Shown here in pieces: positions 1 to 8,666 of a stretch of DNA of 30,280 nucleotides (positions are counted from its first letter, which is position 1; each line of letters starts with the position of its first letter). Below the pieces are notes generated by a model. The model searched no databases. It had not been told where the DNA came from and was given only the letters and a program-made list of their open reading frames with translations. The DNA comes from an uncultured Bacteriovoracaceae bacterium. GTDB lineage: Bacteria > Bdellovibrionota > Bacteriovoracia > Bacteriovoracales > Bacteriovoracaceae. The stretch is from positions 1 through 30,280 of the forward strand of contig CAXGUD010000042.1 of the NCBI GenBank assembly GCA_964012805.1, given 5' to 3'. A program made the position numbers and the translations under genes.

Positions 1-2
1 AA

Positions 3-78
3 TGGTGGAGATGATAGGACTCGAACCTACTACCTTCACAGTGCAAATGTGACGCTCTCCCAGTTGAGCTACACCCCC
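3..78 (-). tRNA. tRNA-Ala (anticodon UGC)
   Basis: Reverse complement reads GGGGGTGTAGCTCAACTGGGAGAGCG-TCACA-TTTGCAC-TGTGA-AGGTAGTAGGTTCGAGTCCTATCATCTCCA-CCA. It is 76 nt with a cloverleaf, TGC anticodon, G3:U70 Ala identity pair, GTTCGA T-loop and encoded CCA. Confidence 0.97.
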
Positions 79-109
79 AACTACTTGCTGATTGCTTTAG
101 AGTGAAAGG

Positions 110-138
110 AATTTAATCCTTTCCTTTTTTCCTGTCAA
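110..138 (-). promoter_or_regulatory. sigma70-type promoter of tRNA-Ala
   Basis: Minus strand TTGACA (138-133), 17-bp spacer, TAAATT (115-110), about 30 nt upstream of the tRNA 5' end. An A-rich tract lies upstream (UP-element-like). Confidence 0.75.
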
Positions 139-217
139 ACCTTTTTTTTATTTTTTTCTTGTTTTCTTTTGCTTTTTTTTCCAAAATTCTATGAACGACC
201 TTTATTTAGGGACAAAA

Positions 218-790
218 ATGAAAAAAGTATTATTCTTATCTTTTGCACTTTTAATATGCTTTTCCTGTAAACAAGGTAATAAAAGCAATTACTTCGGGCA
301 AAAAGGTTCATCATCTGATGGTAAAACTCTTCTTGTCGATAAGAGAGGCCTCTCATTATCCTATGGATTAATTAAAACTATTCATGGAACGATTACTGTT
401 AAGTTTTTTCCAAAAAAAGCACCAAAAAGTGTCCAAAGGTTCCTAACATTAGTTCAAACAGGCTTTTACGATGGGCTTTCTTTCCATCGCGCCATTAAAA
501 ACTTTGTTATTCAAAGTGGTGACCCCACCAATTCAGGGTTTGGAGGAAGTGGTGTTAAACTTAAGCAAGAATTTAACAATTCGCCGCATATAAAAGGAAC
601 ACTCGCTTTAGCAAGGGACAAAGACCCTGATAGCGCAGACTCTCAATTTTATATTGCGCTTTCAACACTACCTCATTTAAACGGAAAATATACTGTTATT
701 GGTCAAGTTACGAAAGGACTTAGCATTTTAGATAAGATAACCAAAGGAGATAAGATTATTTCTTTTACCTATAATCCTAACCCCTATTAA
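218..790 (+). CDS. cyclophilin-type peptidyl-prolyl cis-trans isomerase, predicted lipoprotein
   Basis: Motifs FYDGLSFHR, FVIQSGDP, DSADSQFYI and HLNGKYTVIGQV. MKKVLF...CFSC looks like a lipoprotein signal. ATG at 218 has AGGGA upstream, preferred over the ORF-track start at 191. Confidence 0.9.
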   Translation: MKKVLFLSFALLICFSCKQGNKSNYFGQKGSSSDGKTLLVDKRGLSLSYGLIKTIHGTITVKFFPKKAPKSVQRFLTLVQTGFYDGLSFHRAIKNFVIQSGDPTNSGFGGSGVKLKQEFNNSPHIKGTLALARDKDPDSADSQFYIALSTLPHLNGKYTVIGQVTKGLSILDKITKGDKIISFTYNPNPY

Positions 791-802
791 GAAAAGATAT
801 AT

Positions 803-970
803 TTATTTACCATGCCTTTCACCATCTTTTGTATAGATGAATAGCTTAAGAACAATAAGTGCGATAATAAGAATCGGAATTACTCCGCCCCAGTTACTCA
901 TTGAAAATTGATCCTCTTTAGGCCTTTCCACTTCTTTGTGAACAACTGATGATTTATACTGCTTACTCAT
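803..970 (-). CDS. 55-aa single-TM small protein, last gene of the cox operon (not in the ORF track)
   Basis: Manual translation: MSKQYKSSVVHKEVERPKEDQFSMSNWGGVIPILIIALIVLKLFIYTKDGERHGK*. AAGAGG RBS just upstream of the ATG, 28 bp after the CoxIV stop, one hydrophobic helix. Confidence 0.75.
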   Translation of the reverse strand: MSKQYKSSVVHKEVERPKEDQFSMSNWGGVIPILIIALIVLKLFIYTKDGERHGK

Positions 971-998
971 TTTTCCTCTTTTTTTGTTAAAGTAGTTT

Positions 999-1289
999 TT
1001 ATCTATACATACCTTCTAAAACCAGAAAAAAAGCATATGCTCCAGCACTTAAGGGAATTAGAGCGATAAATTTTAACCAAGCTTTTTCTTCCTTAAGGTG
1101 CATGTACCACCAACCAACAGCGAAAGCTTTAATTACCGCCAATAAGGTTAGTCCAACGCCCTTACCAAATTTGCCTAAAAAATGCATATCTGGAATATAC
1201 AATTCAAGGATAGTAAGAACACCTAAAGCAAAAAAGACCCACATGTATTCTTTGGTATGACCTTTGTATTCTTCAGAATGATCAGACAT
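999..1289 (-). CDS. cytochrome c oxidase subunit IV (prokaryotic COX4/CtaF family)
   Basis: 96 aa with three TM helices. Family patterns Y..VFFALGVLTILE and KAFAVGWWYMHLKEE; position in the cox operon. Confidence 0.85.
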   Translation of the reverse strand: MSDHSEEYKGHTKEYMWVFFALGVLTILELYIPDMHFLGKFGKGVGLTLLAVIKAFAVGWWYMHLKEEKAWLKFIALIPLSAGAYAFFLVLEGMYR

Positions 1290-1323
1290 ATTTACCTCAT
1301 TTTTATATCTTAGATATTAAATA

Positions 1324-1980
1324 CTAACTTCTATTTGCCAATAGTCCTACATCAACCATCATCTGGTTGAGACTAAATTTATTGGTTGCGTAATAACCCC
1401 TTACCCATCCATCTGAATCAACCAAAACAAACTTCTCACTGTGTACAATATCAAAAAGAGTGGAATCCTTTGAAGAGTGCTCAATGGGCACTTTAAAACC
1501 ACCTGTAATTAAATCTTTTAAGGAATCTTTAGGTCCTGTTAAGAATGACCAGACAAAAGGATTTGCCTGGAGCTTTCTTGCGTATTTGTATAGCACTTTA
1601 GGCGTATCTACTTCCGGATGAACAGAAAAAGTTGTAATAACAACCTTTTTATTTAATCCTCTAATTCTCTTTTGAATTTCCTGCAATTTTTTCATTTGCT
1701 TTGGACAAACAGTTGGACAAGAAGTGAACATAAAATTGGCTATATAGATACGACCCTTAAGTTCTTTTGAACCATAAGGTTTTCCAAAGCTATTTAATAG
1801 GTTGAACTCAGGTATCTTATAGAGCTTAGGAAGGGGAGGTGGAAGCTCTCTCTTAAATGACCTTGCCAAAGGATAAACAAACAAAAATGAAGCGAGGATT
1901 AGCCAAAAGGCTTTTTTACCTACAATTCTCTCCAAGAAATTATTTTCTCTTCTAAATTTTCTTAAACTTACTGCTTCCAT
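1324..1980 (-). CDS. sco: SCO1/SenC copper chaperone
   Basis: FTSCPTVCP (CxxxC), FSVHPEVDTP, conserved His in HSEKFVLVD, N-terminal TM anchor. Confidence 0.93.
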   Translation of the reverse strand: MEAVSLRKFRRENNFLERIVGKKAFWLILASFLFVYPLARSFKRELPPPLPKLYKIPEFNLLNSFGKPYGSKELKGRIYIANFMFTSCPTVCPKQMKKLQEIQKRIRGLNKKVVITTFSVHPEVDTPKVLYKYARKLQANPFVWSFLTGPKDSLKDLITGGFKVPIEHSSKDSTLFDIVHSEKFVLVDSDGWVRGYYATNKFSLNQMMVDVGLLANRS

Positions 1981-2009
1981 AACTTACTAACTTCTTATTC
2001 CTGATAATC

Positions 2010-2948
2010 TTATTTATTTTTTTCTATAGAATTAATAAATGCTTTCCTCTTAGCTTGATCTTTTTTAAAGCCCTGAAGATACCTAACGTAATACGCCAAC
2101 GCCCATATCTCATTATCTTCAATAACATCTTTCCAGCTCGGCATAGCAGCTCCGCCAGCACCTGCCAAAAGTCTCATATATATATCGTTGATTGCTATCC
2201 TCTCAGGATCCTTAAGACCTTTTTCTTCTTTCATTGTTCCAACAGATCTTAATTCATGCATAGTAAAATCTGGGGGCATTACTTTGTATCCATGCTCTCC
2301 CTCTTGTAGTTTTAATTTGTACATCTCTTCATCAAATTCTTCTATCGCTTCATCATTTATTTTCAAGGAAATTTTATTTAATTCTTCATGAGAAACATAA
2401 GCTCTGTGGCATGATTGGCATTGTGCCACGACATGATAAACTTCCTTTCCTTTTTCTATTGCAAAACTTTTATGAGATGCACCATATGGATCTTTACCAA
2501 CGACTAGTTTTTTTCCTAATTTTTTATCCTTACCTTCCCAGGCTTTTGGAGCGAAAGTTTTAATGTATTGGATAACATTATAGACTTGCTCTTTACTCAT
2601 ATCCCAAGGAAGCATCGCAGTTCCATTTAAACCATGCTTTATAATTTTATAAAGAGTATCATCGTGGGGAAGCTCACCAGCAACGACATGACCAAATTTG
2701 TAAATTCCAAGCTTAAAGTTCCTCGGAGGCGGGAATAAACCTTTTCCAGAAACTCCATTTCCGTCACCATTAAAACCATGACAGCTTACACAATAATCCA
2801 TATAAACTGATTTACCGTCATTGAGTTGATCAGCCGTTGCATAAACACCACCTGCGAAAAACTTTCCTTCATGAAAAGTACTCTCCTTACAAGAAAAAAG
2901 TAATGTCATTAAACAAATCAAAACAAAATAAGGCTTTATTTTCCTCAT
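2010..2948 (-). CDS. diheme cytochrome c lipoprotein
   Basis: Lipobox-like LLFSC. Two CxxCH motifs (CVSCH, CQSCH), each followed by a candidate distal Met (TAMLPW, AAMPSW). Confidence 0.88.
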   Translation of the reverse strand: MRKIKPYFVLICLMTLLFSCKESTFHEGKFFAGGVYATADQLNDGKSVYMDYCVSCHGFNGDGNGVSGKGLFPPPRNFKLGIYKFGHVVAGELPHDDTLYKIIKHGLNGTAMLPWDMSKEQVYNVIQYIKTFAPKAWEGKDKKLGKKLVVGKDPYGASHKSFAIEKGKEVYHVVAQCQSCHRAYVSHEELNKISLKINDEAIEEFDEEMYKLKLQEGEHGYKVMPPDFTMHELRSVGTMKEEKGLKDPERIAINDIYMRLLAGAGGAAMPSWKDVIEDNEIWALAYYVRYLQGFKKDQAKRKAFINSIEKNK

Positions 2949-2969
2949 AAAATTCCTCTTAAGTTAACC

Positions 2970-3563
2970 TCATAAAACAAAAAGGGTTATATAAATTAAA
3001 ACCCATACAACACCTAAAAAATGCCAAAAAGCACTTATGTTCCTAACAACGTTTTCTTTAAGCTCTTTTAATTCAGGAACCCTGAAAACCTTAGCAACTA
3101 ACCAAAGCTTTAGGATTACTGCAAGAACCATATGACCAACATGGGTCCAAGTAAAACCATAAATTAACGAAGCATATATTCCTGTACCTTGAAAAATACC
3201 CCTGTCTCTTAGGCTTTCCCACAAAGTAAATTGGGACCCGATGAAGCTAAAGCCTAGAATCAAAGATAACAAACCTACATACTTTGCTACTTTTTTTTCT
3301 CCTTTCTTTATCGACCTTTCCACTACCACCAGCGTAATACTACTCAAAACAATGAAAAGTGTGCTGAGTGATGGGATTCCTAAGCCAACTCTGTCCATAC
3401 CCATAGGTGGCCATTCTTGGGCATTAAATCTGAATATTGCATATCCTAGGAAAAAGACAGCAAAAAGCATCGTGAATGAGACGAGGGTAATAATCATAGC
3501 AATTGAGTTAGCTATATTCTTCCCCTCGTGATCTATGTTCATGGCACTTTCTTTAGCGACCAT
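2970..3563 (-). CDS. ctaE: heme-copper oxidase subunit III (short form), copy A
   Basis: Five TM helices, YGFTWTHVGH and FWHFLGVVW motifs, directly downstream of coxI. Confidence 0.88.
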   Translation of the reverse strand: MVAKESAMNIDHEGKNIANSIAMIITLVSFTMLFAVFFLGYAIFRFNAQEWPPMGMDRVGLGIPSLSTLFIVLSSITLVVVERSIKKGEKKVAKYVGLLSLILGFSFIGSQFTLWESLRDRGIFQGTGIYASLIYGFTWTHVGHMVLAVILKLWLVAKVFRVPELKELKENVVRNISAFWHFLGVVWVLIYITLFVL

Positions 3564-3598
3564 AACTTTAACCCACTTTGCCCTTTTTTCAAGTCTCG

Positions 3599-5329
3599 TT
3601 AACTAGTAACGAGCTCTTCGGTTTGATATTGAAAATCTTTCCCATCTTTTAGATTTGGGTTACCCAATTCGTGGGGGCCACACTTCACGACAGGAATATC
3701 TTTAAAGTTATAACTTGGAGCTGGAGAAGGAATTGTCCATTCCAAAGTACCAACTTTCCAAGGGTTTGCCACTGCCTTCTTTCCGTTCCAAACACTCCAT
3801 AAGAAGTTGAAGAGAAAGATAAACTGAGAGCCTCCAAGCAGTAGGGCGGAAATCGTGACAAACTCATTCATAGGAATCAATCGCCTTAACTCTTCGTAGT
3901 AAAAAGGGTTGTAGATTCTTCTATGCATCCCACCATACCCGATAAAAAGCATTCCCATAAAAACGCCGTTTATTCCAAGCATTGTTAGCCAAAAATGGAT
4001 CTTTCCCCAAAACTCACTCATCATGGTTCCAAACATCTTAGGCATCCAGTAGTATATACCAGCAAATCCACCTAGAAGAACAGAGGCTGCCATCGTGTAG
4101 TGAAAATGTCCCACAACAAAGTAAGTATCATGAAGATAAAAATCTGTTGTAGTTGTTCCAAGATAAAGACCCGTAAGTCCTCCAAGCCCAAAAACAAAAA
4201 CAACACCCAATGAGTAAAGCATCGGAGTATCAAACCTTATTGAACCTTTCCAAATTGTACCCAACCAATTCCCAAAAAAGATTGCTGAAGGAATCGAAAT
4301 GGTCATAGTCAGGGTCATAAACGATTGAGTTAAAAGAGGGCTCATTTGAGTCGTGAACATATGATGACCATATACAAGAATAGAAAGTACCGAAATTGAA
4401 ACCATCGATAATGCAGTTGCTTTAGCAGCAAAAGCAGGTTTTCTAGAAAAGAAAGAAAGAAGGTCTGAAACGATACCCCATGCTGGAAGAATCAAAATAT
4501 AAACTTCAGGGTGACCAAATATCCAAAAAACATGCTGATACAAAATTGGGTCTCCTGATCCACTTGTTGCAGCAGCTCCTGCCAGGAAAAAAGATGTTCC
4601 AAAGACCCTATCAAAAATTACAAGCAAACATCCTGCGCCCAATACAGGAACAAAAATCGCATTTAAAATGGCTGTCATCCATATACCCCATATTGTAAGA
4701 GGCATATCAAAGTAACCCATACCTGGAGCTCTTAAAGTGATAATCGTAGTGATATAATTAACAGCCCCAAGGATAGAGGAAATACCTATCGTAAAAATAG
4801 CCATATACCATAAAGTCTGACCTACCCCCGGGCTTCCAAAGGTGAGTGCTAATGTCGGATAGGATGTCCACCCCCCTGCTGCAGCTCCAAGAGGTGTGAA
4901 GAGGGCCGAAAGTAAAAGAGCCCCCGATATAAAGAAAAACCAATAAGAAAGCATATTCAATAACGGGAAAGCCATATCCCGACACCCAATCATAAGCGGT
5001 ATACAGAGGTTTCCAAACGCTCCGATCAAAAGTGGAGTAATTGCATAGAAGATCATTATCGTTCCATGCTGCGTAAAGAGCATTGCATACGTGTCTGGAG
5101 GCACAATTCCGTTAGTATGAGGAAATAAAATACTCCCCAAAATAGGAAAAGATTGCCCAGGATAGGCTAAAGTCCACCTAATTAGGAGCGCCATAATCCC
5201 ACCTACTCCCAAAAAGAATAGGCCTGACCAAAGAAATTGCTTGGCAATAACCTTGTGATCAAATGAGAATATATATTTTCCTAAAAAGGTTTTTGGTACC
5301 GGGTGCGCGTGCTGCTCAAAAAAAGCCAT
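3599..5329 (-). CDS. ctaD: cytochrome c oxidase subunit I, A1-type, lacking the K-channel Lys
   Basis: FTQHG, DMAFP, GHPEVY (H273/E275/Y277), GHHMF (H322/H323), HDTYFVVGHFHY and MHRR are all present. Helix VIII reads ISIPSAIFFGNW. Confidence 0.96.
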   Translation of the reverse strand: MAFFEQHAHPVPKTFLGKYIFSFDHKVIAKQFLWSGLFFLGVGGIMALLIRWTLAYPGQSFPILGSILFPHTNGIVPPDTYAMLFTQHGTIMIFYAITPLLIGAFGNLCIPLMIGCRDMAFPLLNMLSYWFFFISGALLLSALFTPLGAAAGGWTSYPTLALTFGSPGVGQTLWYMAIFTIGISSILGAVNYITTIITLRAPGMGYFDMPLTIWGIWMTAILNAIFVPVLGAGCLLVIFDRVFGTSFFLAGAAATSGSGDPILYQHVFWIFGHPEVYILILPAWGIVSDLLSFFSRKPAFAAKATALSMVSISVLSILVYGHHMFTTQMSPLLTQSFMTLTMTISIPSAIFFGNWLGTIWKGSIRFDTPMLYSLGVVFVFGLGGLTGLYLGTTTTDFYLHDTYFVVGHFHYTMAASVLLGGFAGIYYWMPKMFGTMMSEFWGKIHFWLTMLGINGVFMGMLFIGYGGMHRRIYNPFYYEELRRLIPMNEFVTISALLLGGSQFIFLFNFLWSVWNGKKAVANPWKVGTLEWTIPSPAPSYNFKDIPVVKCGPHELGNPNLKDGKDFQYQTEELVTS

Positions 5330-5400
5330 ACTAACAGTCTCCCTTTATCCGATCTAATCTTTACTTATATTTATTTAAGTTTTCCACAATTACAAAAATC

Positions 5401-6267
5401 TTAGCGTACTTCCCACTTCCAACCCCAATAAAGGTTTAAGTCTTCAGGATCATTAACTTCCATTGCCACTCTTTGAGCTTGTCCTAACCAACTCTCAAAG
5501 TCTTCTGGCGTATAAGTGGTTAATTTAGCTCCCATCATGTAATGGTGTGTTCCACACATTTCCGCACAAGCAATTGGCCACTTCCCTGCCTTATTTAGCT
5601 CCATCCAAATCCTCGAGATTCGACCAGGCATAGCATCAACCTTTCTTCTCGCGTTTGGTAGGAAAAAAGAATGAATAACATCTTTTGACGTTACTTGAAA
5701 TAGTAACTTTCTATTGATTGGAACTCTAAGGTCATTGACGGTTACAACATCATCTTGAGTATTGAAAACCTCATCTTTTCCTGCATATCTAAACTTCCAA
5801 ACCCATTGCTGAGCCATGACCTGAACCTTTAAGGGTTTCTCTTCTTCTTTAGGCCAATTTAAGAAAACGTTTCTTAAATCGTTGTTTGATATTGCGGAAA
5901 TTGTGGCGTCAATACCTATAAAAACCGCAACTCCGATAATGGTGACAGTCCAAATGTGAACTGGTTTATTCCCGTAGGTGTAAAGCGGTTTTTTATTTTT
6001 TTTGTGATGGTAAATAAAAGCAAAACCAAAAAGGCCTGCACAAACTAAAATGAAAAAGAAGAGGTTCATATAGGTCGTGTAGTTGAAGAGCCAATCGATA
6101 AGATGGCCGTTAACAGAAATATCCTCCGGGGGAACAGTAATATCCCAATAATTAGTACTTTTATAATCAGTACCGTCTTTTGCATTTGCTACAGAAAGCA
6201 TTAAAGATGTGGCGATCACACCCATTGATGAGACAATAAACTTAAAAATTCCAAATATTCCACTCAT
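5401..6267 (-). CDS. ctaC: cytochrome c oxidase subunit II (CuA)
   Basis: Signal peptide, two TM helices, QQWVWKFRY, DVIHSF and the CuA motif CAEMCGTHHYMM. No fused cytochrome c. Confidence 0.95.
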   Translation of the reverse strand: MSGIFGIFKFIVSSMGVIATSLMLSVANAKDGTDYKSTNYWDITVPPEDISVNGHLIDWLFNYTTYMNLFFFILVCAGLFGFAFIYHHKKNKKPLYTYGNKPVHIWTVTIIGVAVFIGIDATISAISNNDLRNVFLNWPKEEEKPLKVQVMAQQWVWKFRYAGKDEVFNTQDDVVTVNDLRVPINRKLLFQVTSKDVIHSFFLPNARRKVDAMPGRISRIWMELNKAGKWPIACAEMCGTHHYMMGAKLTTYTPEDFESWLGQAQRVAMEVNDPEDLNLYWGWKWEVR

Positions 6268-6358
6268 AAAACTTAGTCCTTAACGAGTTGACATACTTTT
6301 GTTTTAAATAGAAGAGAAAACTACCAGAGTTTATTTTATAATTAAATGGGTATTTTTT

Positions 6359-7285
6359 CTATTTAAAAAAAATCATTCCTCCTAGAAGAAGAGGGAGGTA
6401 TATGATTGATGCATAAAAATACATCTTCGCCCACTTCTTTAGTTTAACCCCTTCATCTTGGAAAAATAAACCTAGTGAACTTTGTATGATGAAAGGTATA
6501 TTAAGCGCCAAAGCGATCCACAAAAAGTGAGGCTTAGCTATGTTGAAATAGACAGGCAGGATAGAAATTAAGCCCAAAATAATCGTAAAAATAAAAATAT
6601 AAACTTTGGTAAGTCCCAAACCTTTTTGGTTAGGATAAACTTTAATATTTGCGCTCTCATAATCTTCCGCATGGTAAATTGAAATTGCCCAAAAATGAGG
6701 CAATTGCCAAATTAAAAGAACTGCAAAAAGACAATAAGCGAATACATCAATAACTCCTGTTACTGATGTCCAACCCATTAAAGGAGGCATAGCACCTGGA
6801 ATTGCCCCAACATAGACAGCGTATTCACTTTTTTGTTTCATAGGAGTGTAACTAAAAAGATATAAAACAGAAGCAACCAAACCAAGAACACAAGTAATCG
6901 GATTTACTGCTAAAAATAAGCCAACATGACCAATAGCTACAAGAAATATACCAAAAAAAAGTGCGTTATTAGGACTTAGTTTACCTGACGGAAGAACTCT
7001 TGCTCTTGTCCTTTCCATTTTAGAGTCAACATCCCTCTCAATAAAACAGTTGAGGGCACACGCACCTCCAACAATCATTGAAATAAAGAAAAGGGAATAA
7101 ATTGCATTCAAATAGTCTATAACTCCTGGAGCCATGATGAAGCCAACCAGACAAGTTGACATAACAAGCAAAGTCAACTTGGGTTTAGTGAGTTCAAAGT
7201 AATCCAAGAAAACTCCCCCCATACCCTTTGCTTTTAAATTTTCCCCAATTAATTTCAACGCCCTTATCTCCGCATAGCCTTTCAA
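6359..7285 (-). CDS. cyoE: protoheme IX farnesyltransferase (heme O synthase)
   Basis: LTKPK, ALNCFIERDVDSKMERTRARVLPSG, YTPMKQ, GAIPGAMPPLMGW and WQLPHFWAI. TTG start with GGGAG upstream. Confidence 0.95.
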   Translation of the reverse strand: MKGYAEIRALKLIGENLKAKGMGGVFLDYFELTKPKLTLLVMSTCLVGFIMAPGVIDYLNAIYSLFFISMIVGGACALNCFIERDVDSKMERTRARVLPSGKLSPNNALFFGIFLVAIGHVGLFLAVNPITCVLGLVASVLYLFSYTPMKQKSEYAVYVGAIPGAMPPLMGWTSVTGVIDVFAYCLFAVLLIWQLPHFWAISIYHAEDYESANIKVYPNQKGLGLTKVYIFIFTIILGLISILPVYFNIAKPHFLWIALALNIPFIIQSSLGLFFQDEGVKLKKWAKMYFYASIIYLPLLLGGMIFFK

Positions 7286-7503
7286 AAAATACTCCCACAG
7301 CGCATCACAAAAGATCCTTTCAGATAAAGATACATAAACAAAGTTATCACATGAAAAATGAAAAATTTGCTAAAAAAGAGATCTTACTTCTTTTGCCTAA
7401 AAAACTTCTATGCCACTATTTCCTATTAAAGTTTTCTGCTAAAGACAATAGTGATTTTGTACTATTTTTTTAATATGAATACCACTTATTACTATTTCTC
7501 TTT

Positions 7504-7517
7504 TTTATGATGATCAA
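7504..7517. promoter_or_regulatory. possible FNR/Crp-family box in the cyoE-kynA divergent region
   Basis: TTTAT-GATG-ATCAA matches TTGAT-N4-ATCAA at 9/10 positions and ends about 45 bp before the kynA start. The AT-rich context makes a chance match plausible. Confidence 0.25.
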
Positions 7518-7562
7518 GTAGAAAGCTTTCAGGATTCTTTCCAAAGTTAAAAGGTATTTGTA

Positions 7563-8654
7563 ATGAAAAAACCAGTTAATTATAAAGACTATCTTCAACT
7601 CGATAAAATTCTTGATGCTCAACACTGTAAAAGCAAAGAAGTTGGACAAGAGTGTCATGATGAAACATTGTTTATCATTGTTCACCAGGCCTATGAATTA
7701 TGGTTTAAACAAATTATCCACGAGCTAGATTCAATTATTAAGGTATTCACCCAACCCAAAATTCCTGATTATCAGATGTCACTTATAAGCTCGAGGCTTG
7801 AACGAGTTAATCAAATTCAGAAAGTCATTATGGAGCATTTGGTAATACTTGAAACTATGACGCCAATGGACTTCCTGGAGTTCAGAGACCATCTTATACC
7901 GGCATCAGGTTTTCAAAGCGTTCAATTTCGAACAATCGAAATAAAGCTCGGCTTAGGCCTCAAGAAAAGGAAAACTGACTTTGAAAACTTTATTTTAGGA
8001 AGACTTGCTCCTGAAGACAGAAACTTCCTTGTCGAGTTAGATAAATCACCTTCCTTATTTCAACTTATAGAAAAATGGTTGGAAAGAATACCTTTTATTC
8101 AAGAAGAACATTTTGACTTTTGGAGAGAGTTTCAAAAATCAGTAAATGAAATGTTAAAGACTGACAAAAAGTTTATTGAGGATAATTTAACTCTCCCTAA
8201 AGAACAAAAATTAATTCAACTTGAGGGCATTGAGGCGACCAAGGAAACTTTTCATTCCTTATTCGATTCAAAAAAGTTCCACTCCCTTAGAACAAATGGA
8301 AAGAATAGATTGTCACAAAAAGCGACTCTGGGAGCCCTTTTTATTTTACTTTATAGAGATGAACCAATCTTGTATCAACCTTTTAAAATTTTGAACTCAC
8401 TTATGGATATAGATGAAAATTTCATTGCATGGAGACACCGCCATGCCCTTATGGCGCTAAGAATGCTTGGAACAAAAATGGGAACAGGAGGATCCTCGGG
8501 TCACGAGTACTTAAAAACAGCCGCTGAAGAGAATAAAATATTTAATGATTTGTTTAATCTCTCAACCTTTCTTATCCCTAGATCAAAGCTTCCAGAACTT
8601 CCCGTTCAAATTAAAAAAGAGCTCAACTTTAATTTTTCTGGAGACCCCAAGTAA
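7563..8654 (+). CDS. kynA: tryptophan 2,3-dioxygenase (long, animal-like form)
   Basis: HDETLFIIVHQAYELWFKQ, MTPMDFLEFR, PASGFQSVQFR and WRHRH...RMLGTKMGTGGSSG. Confidence 0.96.
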   Translation: MKKPVNYKDYLQLDKILDAQHCKSKEVGQECHDETLFIIVHQAYELWFKQIIHELDSIIKVFTQPKIPDYQMSLISSRLERVNQIQKVIMEHLVILETMTPMDFLEFRDHLIPASGFQSVQFRTIEIKLGLGLKKRKTDFENFILGRLAPEDRNFLVELDKSPSLFQLIEKWLERIPFIQEEHFDFWREFQKSVNEMLKTDKKFIEDNLTLPKEQKLIQLEGIEATKETFHSLFDSKKFHSLRTNGKNRLSQKATLGALFILLYRDEPILYQPFKILNSLMDIDENFIAWRHRHALMALRMLGTKMGTGGSSGHEYLKTAAEENKIFNDLFNLSTFLIPRSKLPELPVQIKKELNFNFSGDPK

Positions 8655-8666
8655 GGAATTAAACTT

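Noticed and set aside
3..78. tRNA as an integration site or part of an rRNA operon spacer
   Set aside because: It has its own promoter with no rRNA upstream. Its 3' flank lies outside the window, and no integrase or att duplicate is seen inside.
3599..5329. CoxI as a nitric oxide reductase, a B/C-family oxidase or a pseudogene
   Set aside because: HPEVY with the helix-VI cross-link Tyr, the full D-channel and a CuA subunit II identify an A1-type O2 reductase. The frame and all metal ligands are intact.
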